Notes: a model not told the origin generated them from the sequence alone. DNA of 64,000 nucleotides from an uncultured virus (IMG/VR IMGVR_UViG_2061766007_000689) (IMGVR_UViG_2061766007_000689); one strand, 5' to 3'. Shown: positions 18,111-27,957, counted from the first letter of the stretch. Made by a program: numbers and translations.

Positions 18111-19644
18111 CTAGGCTTCCGCTTCAGGTCTCTCCTTTCCTGGAGCGGTTTTCTTTTTATTGAACATGCTCTTGTACTCCTCAAGACAGTCCTTACACAG
18201 CTCAATGCAATGTGTTGTCCTAGGGTCCTCAAGATTAACACCATCATACTTCTCAAAGTGCATGCAGCAGTCATACAACATGCTGGTGCCCTTACCACAT
18301 TTGTCACAGCTCAGTGTCATTATTCTCATTCTTACACTCCTCCTCACTTCTCCATTCACCTTTGAACGCAGATGCATCAAACAATGTACCGTTGACTTTA
18401 CTGAACTCATACAGGGCACAGTCCCTCATCCATCTGAACAGCCGTGCTCCGAGCCTGTACATGAACGGTCTCTTCTTGAACATTGTCACCCTGCTGCCTC
18501 CTACTTTCCGAAGAATCTTTCAATAAGTATAACATATACTACTGCAAGTATACAGCAGATGATTCCTATTCCGGTCTCTGTCATCAGCATGGTCCTTTGT
18601 CAGGGTCTGAGTTGACTTCCCAGTCACCATTGAGCTTAGAAGCGTCAATATGAAGCTGCCCCCGGACATGCATGACCGCTTCCTTACACCTGTCACAGAC
18701 TTTATAACGTCCTTTGTCCGCAGGGCTGTATATTGGTACAGCCTCTCCGCAAATCAGGCATCCGCACTGCCCGAATACAGCAATATCATCTTTCTTGATT
18801 GTCACGGTTATTCCGTCTCCTCTTCTATGAACCTGCTCACATCATCCATAATGTCCTTGCTTGCTCCGCTTATGAGTGCCTGCGTCATGCTAATCAGCAG
18901 CTCCCTTGCCTTGCGTACCCGTTCCTGCCGTTCATGCAGCTTGTCAAACAGCATCTTAATCTGTACCGACATGCACTCGATGCACTGCTGCTGTTCACGC
19001 AGCTCAGCCTTCATCTGCCTTACCTTGCTGAATATAAGCTCCTTCTGGAAGCCTGAAAGTACCCACTGCACCATCACATACCACCTTTCTTGTCAATCTC
19101 GTTCACCATAATGGCGAGCACGACCGCCAGAGCCGTGCATATTATTGCTACCATAGCCTGTCCTCCTCTAGCACTATCTTATACGGAACACCGTCCGCCT
19201 CACCGTATTCTACGAGCTGCAGGGTGCTCGGCAGGCTGTCATCCACCACCTCAAACGGGCAGCCTGACACAGTCCCCATGTCCCCGACCTTATACTTCAC
19301 GTCCTCATCTGTAATGACTAACTGCCTCTGAAGCAGTTGCAGCTCCTCTATGTCTGAAGCACGTATGCACATGTATATATCCCTAGGCTGGTATCCGAGC
19401 TTGAAGAACTGCTGCAGGTGTGCATGAATATATTCCAAGCTGACCATCAGTGTGCCTCCCTGCAGGCTTTCTCATCGTGCCTGTATATGCCTACAGCACA
19501 TTTTTGCCCGTTGATGAGGATATAAAACTCAGATGACAACTTGTATGGCGGCTTGCCTACTTCAATGCTATAAGTCTGCCGCTGGAAGTGCTGTATGAAT
19601 CCTTCCTGCAGCTCAAGGTCAGTCATCTGGTATGCTGGTTTCAT
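18111..19644 (-). CDS. Run of small hypothetical ORFs (about 18111-18329, 18304-18489, 18584-18805, 18808-19077, 19148-19447, 19447-19644); two carry CxxC pairs
   Basis: Tightly coupled leftward ORFs downstream of the polymerase; SCDKC...LCKDC and CLIC...CDRC. Confidence 0.55.
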
Positions 19645-21683
19645 CAGTGCGTCTCCCTGTAGTCCTTCTTAAAGAAGGCAGGGTCAAAGTTACCCTTCTT
19701 CATCTCTTCGTATATGTCACCTGACCAATAGCCCCAGTTCGGACCAAGCTCGCACTCAGCCTTAAGCGGAACAAGCAGCCTGTCATGATAAACGTCACCC
19801 ATGATACGCTGGAGCTCGACAGCAGCCTCAGTGCCTTCCTTGTTGAACGGTACACTATTGACCTGCTCATCATGTACGAGCAGATGCAGCAGGAGCACGC
19901 TGTAGATGCCTGCTTCGTCAGCCGTGACAAGAGCCTGCTTGAATATGTCCGCTGCGGTGCCCTGAATGAGCTTGTTAAGCATCTTGTAGATGAAGTTCTG
20001 AATCTTATGTGTCTTGGGGTCATACTTGGGTATAGGCTTATGCAGCCTGCGACCGCCGAGCGTGTCAATATAGCCCTGTACGAGAGCCAGCTGCTGACAC
20101 CATTCCATTGTATCCTTGACTACAGGGAACTTTGCATGGTATGTGTCATAAATCTCATGCGTGAACGTCTCCACATCCACACCTTCTTCTGCCGCAAGCT
20201 TCTCGAAAAGCGTGTAGTTATGGTCAAGCGCGGTCTGCCAGCCCATGCCGTAGATACACCCGTAATTGAATGTCTTAACTGCAGGACGGTACTTGATGCC
20301 TGTGAGCTGCATTGCTATCTTGTGCATGTCTACGCCTGCATTAAGCTGCTGGCGGAACCAGTCAGCCTGCGGACCACGTGCAAAATGACCCAGCAGCAGT
20401 GCTTCAATCTGCGAGTAGTCCATAGCAGCGAGCATGTGCCCTTCTTCAGGCAGGAATATAGCACGCATGTCCTGCGAGAAGTCCGTGCCGTGACCCTTAT
20501 CACGTGCAGGTATCTGCTGCAGGTTCGGGTCCTTACATGAAAAGCGCCCTGTGACCGTGCCACCGTCACCGCTGTCACGCAGCATAGGCACGAACGTACA
20601 GTGTATCCTTCCGTCTACCACAGCTTCAGACAGAGCACCATGCAGGTACTTGTTAAGTATGGAATCGTAGTTCTTGAACTCCTGTATCAGGGGGATTACA
20701 GGGTGATGTATACGTGTAAGGGCATCTGAAGCCCATGACTGCGTTCCTGTAGCTGTCTGTACAGGCGAATATATCCCCATCTCGTTAAGGCGTGCTCCAA
20801 GCTTAGCCGAAGACTTTATTGTAGGTCCGTCAATACCGTAGACGCGTATCAGGTTCTGCTCTGACTTGTTATATGCTTCCTCAACTCTGTCCTTAAGCCT
20901 CTGCATGTGCTCCAAGTCCACACGTATGCCCAGCTTCTTCATGCGGAGCAGTATGGGAAGCACTTTGCACTCCAAGTCATAGACACTCTGCAGGTGCCCC
21001 ATGTATTTTTCCTGTGCATGGAAAAGGTTATATGTAGCTATGCAGTCCTGACGGTTGTACATCTTCATCATGCGGCGACCCTCAGGGTCATTCCATACCA
21101 CCATGGCATTATCCCACAGCTTGCCCTTATACTTCTTATGTACTATGATGTCAAGTTCATTGGGAGTAAGCTCTACCCATTCGCCTGTGTCCTTGTTAAG
21201 GTACTTGCCCTCGTCATTCTGCTTGGGCACAGGTCTCTTCTTGGTCATCGTCTTGGCTACACCCTTCATTTTGTCCTGCCAGCTGGCGTACCACTTCTCG
21301 ATGGTCTCATCCTTGTTCTTTCCCTGCACGTGCATGCGTTTGCAGCACTCATCCAGCGAAAGAGACACGTACTCGTTGATGAGCGCAGCACGTGTCATGG
21401 TGTCATGCAGCCTGCCCCTAGGCTGAAAGCCATAGGCAGCTGCACAGTGCATCCAAGATAAATCATACAAACCGTTGTGGAAAACAAGGTCGATGTCAGG
21501 GTCTTCGACGAGCTCCCTGCACCGTGCTATATCTTCAGCCTTGTCAAAGTCAAAGACTTCATCGATGCCGTCACCATAGGCACCACAGCACAGTATACGA
21601 CCATCATTGCGGCAGGCTCCGTCACCCAATGTGCTCAGGTTCGGGTCATAGGTCTCAATATCCATGACAACTAATCTAGCCAT
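19644..21683 (-). CDS. polA: Family A DNA polymerase with 3'-5' exonuclease
   Basis: Exo motifs MDIET, FHNGLYD, YNRQD; TVTGRFSCKDPNLQQIP; motif A DYSQIE; motif B KTFNYGCIYG; motif C VHDE. GGAGGT RBS favours the ATG at 21683. Confidence 0.95.
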   Translation of the reverse strand: MARLVVMDIETYDPNLSTLGDGACRNDGRILCCGAYGDGIDEVFDFDKAEDIARCRELVEDPDIDLVFHNGLYDLSWMHCAAAYGFQPRGRLHDTMTRAALINEYVSLSLDECCKRMHVQGKNKDETIEKWYASWQDKMKGVAKTMTKKRPVPKQNDEGKYLNKDTGEWVELTPNELDIIVHKKYKGKLWDNAMVVWNDPEGRRMMKMYNRQDCIATYNLFHAQEKYMGHLQSVYDLECKVLPILLRMKKLGIRVDLEHMQRLKDRVEEAYNKSEQNLIRVYGIDGPTIKSSAKLGARLNEMGIYSPVQTATGTQSWASDALTRIHHPVIPLIQEFKNYDSILNKYLHGALSEAVVDGRIHCTFVPMLRDSGDGGTVTGRFSCKDPNLQQIPARDKGHGTDFSQDMRAIFLPEEGHMLAAMDYSQIEALLLGHFARGPQADWFRQQLNAGVDMHKIAMQLTGIKYRPAVKTFNYGCIYGMGWQTALDHNYTLFEKLAAEEGVDVETFTHEIYDTYHAKFPVVKDTMEWCQQLALVQGYIDTLGGRRLHKPIPKYDPKTHKIQNFIYKMLNKLIQGTAADIFKQALVTADEAGIYSVLLLHLLVHDEQVNSVPFNKEGTEAAVELQRIMGDVYHDRLLVPLKAECELGPNWGYWSGDIYEEMKKGNFDPAFFKKDYRETH

Positions 21684-21872
21684 AGTCACCTCCGTCATTT
21701 CAAGCATGGCTGCTAAAGTAAAAGGGTGTTAAAGCCTCTAGCCTGCATCTACGGGGCTAAAACCTTTTCCTTGTCAGGTACAAGTAAGACCATCAGCTTA
21801 ATGTCGGTGGTCACCGACACTGGTACAGCAACCCAATACGGGTGGGAGGGAAAGTATCAGCAGCTGTACTAT

Positions 21873-21953
21873 TGTCGATGACAGGGCTCGAACCTGCAAA
21901 GCCTTTTAACGGTAGACCAACACCCTGCGTATGCTCTTTTCCGCCACACCGAC
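21873..21953 (-). ncRNA. Class II (Leu-like) tRNA body with a collapsed anticodon arm
   Basis: GTCGGTG/CATCGAC acceptor with discriminator A; GCG...CGC D arm; GCAGG-TTCGAGC-CCTGT T arm. The anticodon region cannot form a 5-bp stem with a 7-nt loop. Confidence 0.7.
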
Positions 21954-22021
21954 ACTGTGTCAGTAGACCACTTGTCAATTCTTCCAGTCGTCGCGCGTGA
22001 CAAGCTCATTCTACTGACTCT

Positions 22022-22079
22022 AGGCACAGGCAGGATTTGAACCTGCGACCTAAAGCTCTAACCTCTGAGCTACTGTGCC
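22022..22079 (-). ncRNA. 58-nt tRNA-like element with no anticodon arm
   Basis: GGCACAG-TA-GCTC-AGAGGTTA-GAGC-TTTAGGTC-GCAGG-TTCAAAT-CCTGC-CTGTGCC-T. Confidence 0.85.
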
Positions 22080-22080
22080 T

Positions 22081-22390
22081 GCATGCTACTCGATTGCGCG
22101 CTATCTTTCGTTTACATGCTTAGCTATTTGCTTTCACTAACAATGCATAACTGCACGACATGAACAGAGCTACATGCTCACTACGCCCCTCGTCACGCCG
22201 GGCGCATCTCACGGAACATTATATTTTGAGACTTATGTACAATCGTCTGTGCTAGCCATGCAGGGTTTTGGTCCCTGAGCGTGCTTAGGACACGCGCTGA
22301 CATGACCACCGCACACAGAAGTACAAACATATCTCTTTAGGAGGCTTCTGTATACTCGCTTGCGCTATGCCTGTGCCAGCCACAGGCAGC
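22081..22390 (-). ncRNA. Candidate structured non-coding RNA
   Basis: No ORF in the track; successive hairpins (TGCCTGTG/CACAGGCA, CAGAAG/CTTCTG, GCGTG/CACGC, CAGGG/CCCTG, CGCCC/GGGCG); flanked by tRNA-like elements. Confidence 0.45.
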
Positions 22391-22426
22391 NNNNNNNNNN
22401 NNNNNNNNNNTGTCCAGTGTAGGTTA

Positions 22427-22484
22427 TGCACGGGTGCAGGAGTCGGACCTACAATATCGGCTTACCACTCGCCCAGCCCGTGCA
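22427..22484 (-). ncRNA. tRNA-like element with no anticodon arm
   Basis: TGCACGGG/CCCGTGCA stem; GGC-GAGTGGTAA-GCC D arm; GATATT linker; GTAGG-TCCGACT-CCTGC T arm. Confidence 0.7.
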
Positions 22485-22507
22485 GGGAGTATCACTTGAT
22501 GCTCCCG

Positions 22508-22548
22508 ATTATAGCACATGAAGCCCTGCAAAAGGCATATTAATTAAT
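22508..22548 (-). promoter_or_regulatory. Promoter: ATTAATTAAT-N25-TATAAT (extended -10)
   Basis: Box at 22539-22548; TGC-TATAAT with the hexamer at 22513-22508; points into the RNA cluster. Confidence 0.7.
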
Positions 22549-22549
22549 G

Positions 22550-22846
22550 TTATTTCTTGACGCAGTATTTTTTCGGGTCAAGAAGTGTCTCAAGACGCTC
22601 GTGCGCCTTTCTCGTGCACAGCAGCAGGTTGTCAATGTCGTTGTTCGACCTGTCACCATCGATATGGTGCACTGCGAAGTTGTCAGGAATGTCATCAGGG
22701 TCAATACCGAGAGCCTCAGCCATGACATAACGGTAATATTCCATGTACCTTCCATTATGCCAGATGCGCTCGCTGTCGTGACCGTCGCTTATAGGCTGCT
22801 GCTCACGACCTACCTCGGCATTGATGATATGCTCAGGCACTTTCAT
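22550..22846 (-). CDS. HNH endonuclease
   Basis: VHHIDGDRSNNDIDNLLLCTRKAH. Confidence 0.85.
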   Translation of the reverse strand: MKVPEHIINAEVGREQQPISDGHDSERIWHNGRYMEYYRYVMAEALGIDPDDIPDNFAVHHIDGDRSNNDIDNLLLCTRKAHERLETLLDPKKYCVKK

Positions 22847-23226
22847 CAGAATACCACTTCATCAGCATCCGGCTCAGGTACATCCTCCTGAGGCTTTGAT
22901 GCTGCGCCGCCCTTCTGCATGATAAGATTGAGCTTGGCACAATTGACCACCACATCGAAGTGCTGTGCACCGTCAGCTCCCTGCCACTCGTTCGTGCTGA
23001 GCGAGCCTTCGCCTGACACGAGGCTGCCCTTGGTGAAGATAGGACACACGTTAGGCATACGGTCACCGAAGCGCTGCAGCTTTACCCACAGCGTCTTCTT
23101 AAAGTCACCATACCCAGTGTTTATCGCAGCAGACACTTCGAGCACGGTTGCTCCTGTCAGCAGCTTCTTAGTCACCGCGTCAGCGCCGAGGCGTCCTGTG
23201 AATATGAACTCGTTAAGGTCAGTCAT
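22846..23226 (-). CDS. ssb: Single-stranded DNA-binding protein
   Basis: LNEFIFTGRLGADA...TKGSLVSGEGSLSTNEW; acidic tail ending DEVVF. Confidence 0.9.
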   Translation of the reverse strand: MTDLNEFIFTGRLGADAVTKKLLTGATVLEVSAAINTGYGDFKKTLWVKLQRFGDRMPNVCPIFTKGSLVSGEGSLSTNEWQGADGAQHFDVVVNCAKLNLIMQKGGAASKPQEDVPEPDADEVVF

Positions 23227-23227
23227 A

Positions 23228-23506
23228 TCAGCCCACCCTTACCCAGTCCTCAGCGAGCATGTCCGTCTGGGACGGAAGCCAGCCTACTACATAGGTATCA
23301 TCAGCTGCCTTCATGTCAATATGAGGCATGATAGTCACACTCTTGCCATCGTAATACTCACGGGCAGGGACGTTGCGCATGTGGTCACCCGGCACAACGC
23401 TGCCCTCCTGAAGTACAAGGAACATGCCGTTCCATCCTTTACGTGCTACCTTGTACCCTTCCTTAAGGTATTGGATAGCTATTCCAAAGTCAAATGTTTC
23501 ACCCAC
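23228..23506 (-). CDS. DUF2829 / Tad2-like anti-defence protein
   Basis: FDFGIAIQYLKEGYKVARKGWNG...PHIDMK...GWLPSQTDMLAEDW matches the DUF2829 consensus. Confidence 0.85.
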   Translation of the reverse strand: MGETFDFGIAIQYLKEGYKVARKGWNGMFLVLQEGSVVPGDHMRNVPAREYYDGKSVTIMPHIDMKAADDTYVVGWLPSQTDMLAEDWVRVG

Positions 23507-23575
23507 TTTATTACTCCTTTTGTTTACTCCTCATCTAAACCTACAAGAGCGCCACAGCCACTGCGCCAGCTCTTC

Positions 23576-23905
23576 CTAAGGCGCAAAGTGCAGCAAGAAC
23601 ATAACATTTGCTGCTACATGAGCAAGATGATTGAGACCTGAGTCTTTGTCAACTATCTCACCCTTGCGCCATGCTGCAAGATGCCGTCTCAGGGCAGCAT
23701 AGTACCTGTTTACAGGGTCCTCGACATGCTGCCAGTTATTATCTCCGTATTCTTTAGCACCATGCGTAAGGGCTGCTACGGTCTGCTCCTCAAACTCAGG
23801 GTCAAGAAGGTCAAAGCGGAGCTTCCCTTCATCGTCCTTCCGTCCTGCAGGTGCTGTGCCCTGCGTTTTAGCTGTATATGTTGTTGTTGCATTCATACCG
23901 TTCAT
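23576..23905 (-). CDS. dATP/dGTP diphosphohydrolase domain protein (DUF5664)
   Basis: GRKDDEGKLRFDLL...HGAKEYGDNNW...AALRRHL...DKDSGLNHLAHVAANVMFL. Confidence 0.85.
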   Translation of the reverse strand: MNGMNATTTYTAKTQGTAPAGRKDDEGKLRFDLLDPEFEEQTVAALTHGAKEYGDNNWQHVEDPVNRYYAALRRHLAAWRKGEIVDKDSGLNHLAHVAANVMFLLHFAP

Positions 23906-23929
23906 GCTGTTATCCTTCTGTCAAAATAA

Positions 23930-23951
23930 GGGCAGCCCGTGCAGGCTGCCC
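23930..23951 (-). terminator. Intrinsic terminator
   Basis: GGGCAGCC-N6-GGCTGCCC followed by TTATTTT on the minus strand. Confidence 0.75.
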
Positions 23952-23957
23952 GGAACA

Positions 23958-24662
23958 TTATTCAGCGTCGCCTGTGCTGTCTGTGATTGCGAGCATTGAC
24001 TGCTGAATCTGCGGACGTACAGGGCTTACGCTCTTGTCAAAGAGTTCCTTGCTAATCGTAGCACCGCGCTGAACCTTTACGAGCTTAGCCATCTTGCTGC
24101 CCTTCTTCTGAGGGTTGTCAACGAGGTCAAGCGCGAGGTCCCACTGGAATGCGTAGATAGGTGCCTGCTTACCTGACGGCAGCAGCTGGTTCTTAAGCTG
24201 CGTGTTCCATGCCTTACAGCTGGACATGCTTGTGACAGTCGGCATGAAGGTAAGCACGCCTGCTTCAGGATGCTCTGGAAGGATTACGGCATAAACGAAC
24301 AGTTCCTGCACTTCATTACCCGTGTCAGGATTAATCATCTTTGCGTAACCCTTAGCACCTGCAGGTGGCTGCTGTATCGTGACAGGGATGCTGCCCGGCT
24401 CATAGCGTCCCACCGTATTAAATGGTGATGCGCTTGCACGTTCATTCCAGATTGTACGGAACGCAATAGGCACTACGCTTACTACGTTGCCGTATTCTTC
24501 GCCTGATGCAGAGTTACGCCACACACCTTCAGTAGCACCGTTAAGTGCTGCTTCGCCACCCGGCTGTACCATACTGAGGTAAGGTACAGACTGCTCTTTC
24601 TGTGTGATGGTATCAAGACCTTCACCTGCACACTCTTCCAAGAAACCCAATTCCTGTTCCAT
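23958..24662 (-). CDS. Phage replication-module protein, probably ssDNA-binding or annealing
   Basis: GEGLDTI...VPYLSMVQ...G.W.NS.SGE.YG pattern, recalled from PolA/SNF2 phage modules; has its own promoter and terminator. Confidence 0.5.
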   Translation of the reverse strand: MEQELGFLEECAGEGLDTITQKEQSVPYLSMVQPGGEAALNGATEGVWRNSASGEEYGNVVSVVPIAFRTIWNERASASPFNTVGRYEPGSIPVTIQQPPAGAKGYAKMINPDTGNEVQELFVYAVILPEHPEAGVLTFMPTVTSMSSCKAWNTQLKNQLLPSGKQAPIYAFQWDLALDLVDNPQKKGSKMAKLVKVQRGATISKELFDKSVSPVRPQIQQSMLAITDSTGDAE

Positions 24663-24740
24663 AGTTCACATCTCCTAGTAGCCCAGTATCTAGGGCTACG
24701 GTAAAATATCTAAAGCGGCTACGCCGCTCATTGCACGGGC

Positions 24741-24781
24741 ATGATAGCACAAAAATGCTGCCTTTAGCCATATTAATTAAT
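24741..24781 (-). promoter_or_regulatory. Promoter: ATTAATTAAT-N25-TATCAT (extended -10)
   Basis: Same geometry as 22508-22548. Confidence 0.7.
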
Positions 24782-24789
24782 GTTTCATT

Positions 24790-25323
24790 TCATGTACTGA
24801 TAACATTTCGCCGTGACAGACTGCGGCAGCCTGCCCTTCGCCATCGACGACAGCTCAGCCANNNNNNNNNNNNNNNNNNNNNGCTGTAAATCTCTTCCGG
24901 TATGAGAGCTACAAACTGCCCCCTGTGATATGTTGACGGCAGATTATGCTTCTCAATGACCTTAAGTCCTCCCAGCACAAGCCCCCTGTCACATACGCGC
25001 TCAATCATACGGTTCACGCCGCCGTACACACCGCTTATCTGCAGGTACGCTGTAGGTATGAACGGAAATACCTGCACATTCTTGATAGGCGAACGTACAG
25101 GGGTACTGGTGACACGTACCATGAGCCCCGGAGGAAGTTCAGTCTCACCGTCCAGCTCCATGTCAAACACACCCGTACCACGTATTACGAGCTTATCATA
25201 CTTTTCCCACCACTTCTTGACAAAAGGGATGTACGGCATCAGCTTAGTTGCTACAGTGTACTCCCATATAGGGTCATCAAGAAGACTGTCTTCATTCTGA
25301 TTCATCATCATCTCCTGTATCAA
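24790..25323 (-). CDS. Hypothetical protein; 3' end affected by a gap
   Basis: ORF overlapping the end of the helicase-primase gene. Confidence 0.55.
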   Translation of the reverse strand: MIQEMMMNQNEDSLLDDPIWEYTVATKLMPYIPFVKKWWEKYDKLVIRGTGVFDMELDGETELPPGLMVRVTSTPVRSPIKNVQVFPFIPTAYLQISGVYGGVNRMIERVCDRGLVLGGLKVIEKHNLPSTYHRGQFVALIPEEIYSXXXXXXXWLSCRRWRRAGCRSLSRRNVIST

Positions 25324-27913
25324 TGCTTATATTATCCAGATACTCGTCTATCTGAGCATCTATCTCCTGAATTATGCTTGACTTGTATCTGGTCTTCCAG
25401 TAGCCAATTTCTTCAGGGTGCTTATAGTGCTCAACCCCTGCCGTCATAAGACCTTCATCCCAAAGCTGAGCATGAGTATAACCGAGCATGCGCAGAATAC
25501 GGTAAGCAGGGAAGAAGCACCGCTGGCGCTCCCCGTCCCACTTGCTGTCTGTCCAGAATGTAGTATCGAGTATAGCTTCAGCAGCCTCACGGTACTCTGC
25601 TCTCGTAGGCAGCAGTCTTCTGCCATGTACCTGCTCGTCCTTTTTAAGCGGACGCTTCTTCCACAGCTCATATATCTCACGCCAGCTTATGTCATAGACG
25701 TGTGACCAGTCTTCTGCCACCAAGCACTGTGTTCCCTGAACCTGAACTCCGTAAGCTGTGGAGTATCTTTGAAGTTCAAGCGGACTTCTAGTAAGTCTCG
25801 CCGGGTCACACGTAGACTCATCAAACACGAGCTTTTCCGATATAGACGTAGCGAGGTATGCGTGTAACCATGAATACTCTTCGAGATTTGCAGGTACGTC
25901 TCTAACTCGTACAAGGAGATGATACGACTTTGCACCAGAGTAGACAAGTCTGCACGCAATACCATCGTTGAAAATGCGCTCAGCTTCTTTACGGCTATGC
26001 CGTAGTCTCTCGCTGTAAAGTACGTCTGCAGGAATCGCCTTATTCTCTCCATAGACATCTTTCCACTCCTCAGCACGCTGTTTTTCAAGCTGCTTATTCA
26101 AATGACTTGTCTCATCAGACTCAAGCAGGAACGTATCAAGATACTGCACGTGCATGCTCTTGTCCTTAAGGTCCTTCGTACCCGGCTGCATCTCGTTTAC
26201 TGTCTCAAAGCAGCCGTTAGGGTCAGGCTTGAACCTGTCGTTCACCCTCAGACGCTCACCTACACGTGCTCCCTGAGCAGGCTTGTAAAGCTGCTGCACA
26301 GGCTTGATGATGGACACCGTATCCTTCTGAACATTGTCCATGTCCTTAGCAAGGCAGAACCTTGCTGTAGGCGCCATCTTATATCTGCCTGCCACCTTAG
26401 TAAAGCCACCCGGAAGAGGCTCCGTGTTCGGGTTGAGCGTTATACCGTACTCCGCTATAAGCCACGGCTGGCAGTCATATATGCCGCGCTCCACTGTGGC
26501 ATGCGGATATGGCTTGGTAGTCTGTAGGTCATAGAATATAAGGGGTCTGCATATTGCAACAAACTTCTTGAAGTCCTTATATTCAGGCATGAACTGCAGA
26601 GCACCTGCAAAGTTGATTACATCAGTAAGGTTAGCACCCTCAGGCAGGGTTTCCACTACAGCACCTGCCTCAAGGCTTGCCTTAATGAACGGCGCAAGGG
26701 CACGCATGATGCTCTCAATTTCCGTGTTCTCTGTAGTACGCGGTATGGAGAAGCACCTGTTGTATGCAGCCGTCTTGGGGAACTGTCTCAGCGGAACCTT
26801 TGCAAGCTCCTCACTGGTAAACAGCTCATGCTTGAACTGTGCTATAAGGTCCTTATCCTCATGGAACGGTGTACCTACCTGATTGAAGTTGCCGTCAAAA
26901 CCATAAAGCTTGCTGAACACCTCGTCAGCAAGCTCCGATTCTTTTCTCGTGAAATGCTCGTCCGCTTCCATAACCATAAACCTTCTCTGGTCCTCACGAC
27001 CGTCAAACTTGATAGGGACATCCTTATTAGTAGTCATTATGAAGTCTGTATAAGACTCCTGATATATCGGGTCCACGCCCTTCTGCTCTTTCCTTATAGT
27101 AGTCGCAGTAGCCCGTGACTTTAGTGCACCAGCTGGGTTTCTCTTGTCTTCCAGCTCTTTCTCCTCTTGACATACGATAAGGGCATCTGCATAGTCTGCG
27201 TTGAAACGGGCAGTCGAGTCGTACTGGTCTGAGACTATAACATTGTCCTTTCCGAACAGTCCCTTGCATATAACCTCCGCGAACGTTGTCTTACCTGAGC
27301 CCTGCGCCCTAGACACGATGATAGGTACTACCTGTGTCTTGACTGTAGGATAAAGAAGCTTGGCACGAAGCCAAGCCAACAGCCAAGGAGCACACTCACC
27401 TGCAAGATGCTCAATGTACGTGTATATATGTGATGTGTCCTTGCCTGTAGCCTTGGCAAAGACAGGAAATGGTTTGGCTATGTTAAAGGCATCCCTTTCT
27501 TCATTGTAGTACCCTGTAGGTACTGTATAGTCCCTATAGTATAAGGGACGGTGAACACCGTCACTATTCTCTGCAGCAATGTATGCACGGTCAAAGTATT
27601 CAAACCCTTCAGGCGACCATGCCGTGCGGTTTATCTTGTTACCTACACGCTGCTCGTAGAACAATACGGATTTGTAATAGTTAATAAAATCCGAAGCAGA
27701 CAAAAGCTCACCCTTATGTGAGACACAGTAGAAGTGCTTGTTCATGGTCATGTAGACCACTTTGTCAAGCAGGTGCTCTTCTGCCCACTGCTTAAGCTCC
27801 TCTAAAGAGGAGAAGCCTTGTCCTATATACTGCTTTATTTCAGCATTAAGTATATTAATCTTCTGTTCAGCCGCCTTATAGGACAAGCCATACACATCGT
27901 CATAAAGACTCAT
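25292..27913 (-). CDS. Helicase-primase: N-terminal SF3/D5-like NTPase and C-terminal AEP-type primase-like domain
   Basis: WLLAWL; SRAQGSGKTT (Walker A); IVCQEE; FIMTTNK; DQRRFMV. C-terminal half has FLLESDE and VYSGAKSYH...D...DPARLTRSP. Confidence 0.8.
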   Translation of the reverse strand: MSLYDDVYGLSYKAAEQKINILNAEIKQYIGQGFSSLEELKQWAEEHLLDKVVYMTMNKHFYCVSHKGELLSASDFINYYKSVLFYEQRVGNKINRTAWSPEGFEYFDRAYIAAENSDGVHRPLYYRDYTVPTGYYNEERDAFNIAKPFPVFAKATGKDTSHIYTYIEHLAGECAPWLLAWLRAKLLYPTVKTQVVPIIVSRAQGSGKTTFAEVICKGLFGKDNVIVSDQYDSTARFNADYADALIVCQEEKELEDKRNPAGALKSRATATTIRKEQKGVDPIYQESYTDFIMTTNKDVPIKFDGREDQRRFMVMEADEHFTRKESELADEVFSKLYGFDGNFNQVGTPFHEDKDLIAQFKHELFTSEELAKVPLRQFPKTAAYNRCFSIPRTTENTEIESIMRALAPFIKASLEAGAVVETLPEGANLTDVINFAGALQFMPEYKDFKKFVAICRPLIFYDLQTTKPYPHATVERGIYDCQPWLIAEYGITLNPNTEPLPGGFTKVAGRYKMAPTARFCLAKDMDNVQKDTVSIIKPVQQLYKPAQGARVGERLRVNDRFKPDPNGCFETVNEMQPGTKDLKDKSMHVQYLDTFLLESDETSHLNKQLEKQRAEEWKDVYGENKAIPADVLYSERLRHSRKEAERIFNDGIACRLVYSGAKSYHLLVRVRDVPANLEEYSWLHAYLATSISEKLVFDESTCDPARLTRSPLELQRYSTAYGVQVQGTQCLVAEDWSHVYDISWREIYELWKKRPLKKDEQVHGRRLLPTRAEYREAAEAILDTTFWTDSKWDGERQRCFFPAYRILRMLGYTHAQLWDEGLMTAGVEHYKHPEEIGYWKTRYKSSIIQEIDAQIDEYLDNISIDTGDDDESE

Positions 27914-27957
27914 TCTGATGTGCTCCTCTTATAGTTTAATTAGTCTTCTTTTTTTTC

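Noticed and set aside
21873..22484. Functional decoding tRNAs or attP remnants
   Set aside because: No canonical anticodon arm can be folded, both acceptor strands are kept (attP sites usually copy only one end), and there is no integrase in the window.
23576..23905. 2-aminoadenine (Z) genome pathway
   Set aside because: DUF5664 is present, but I recognised no PurZ or DatZ-like gene.
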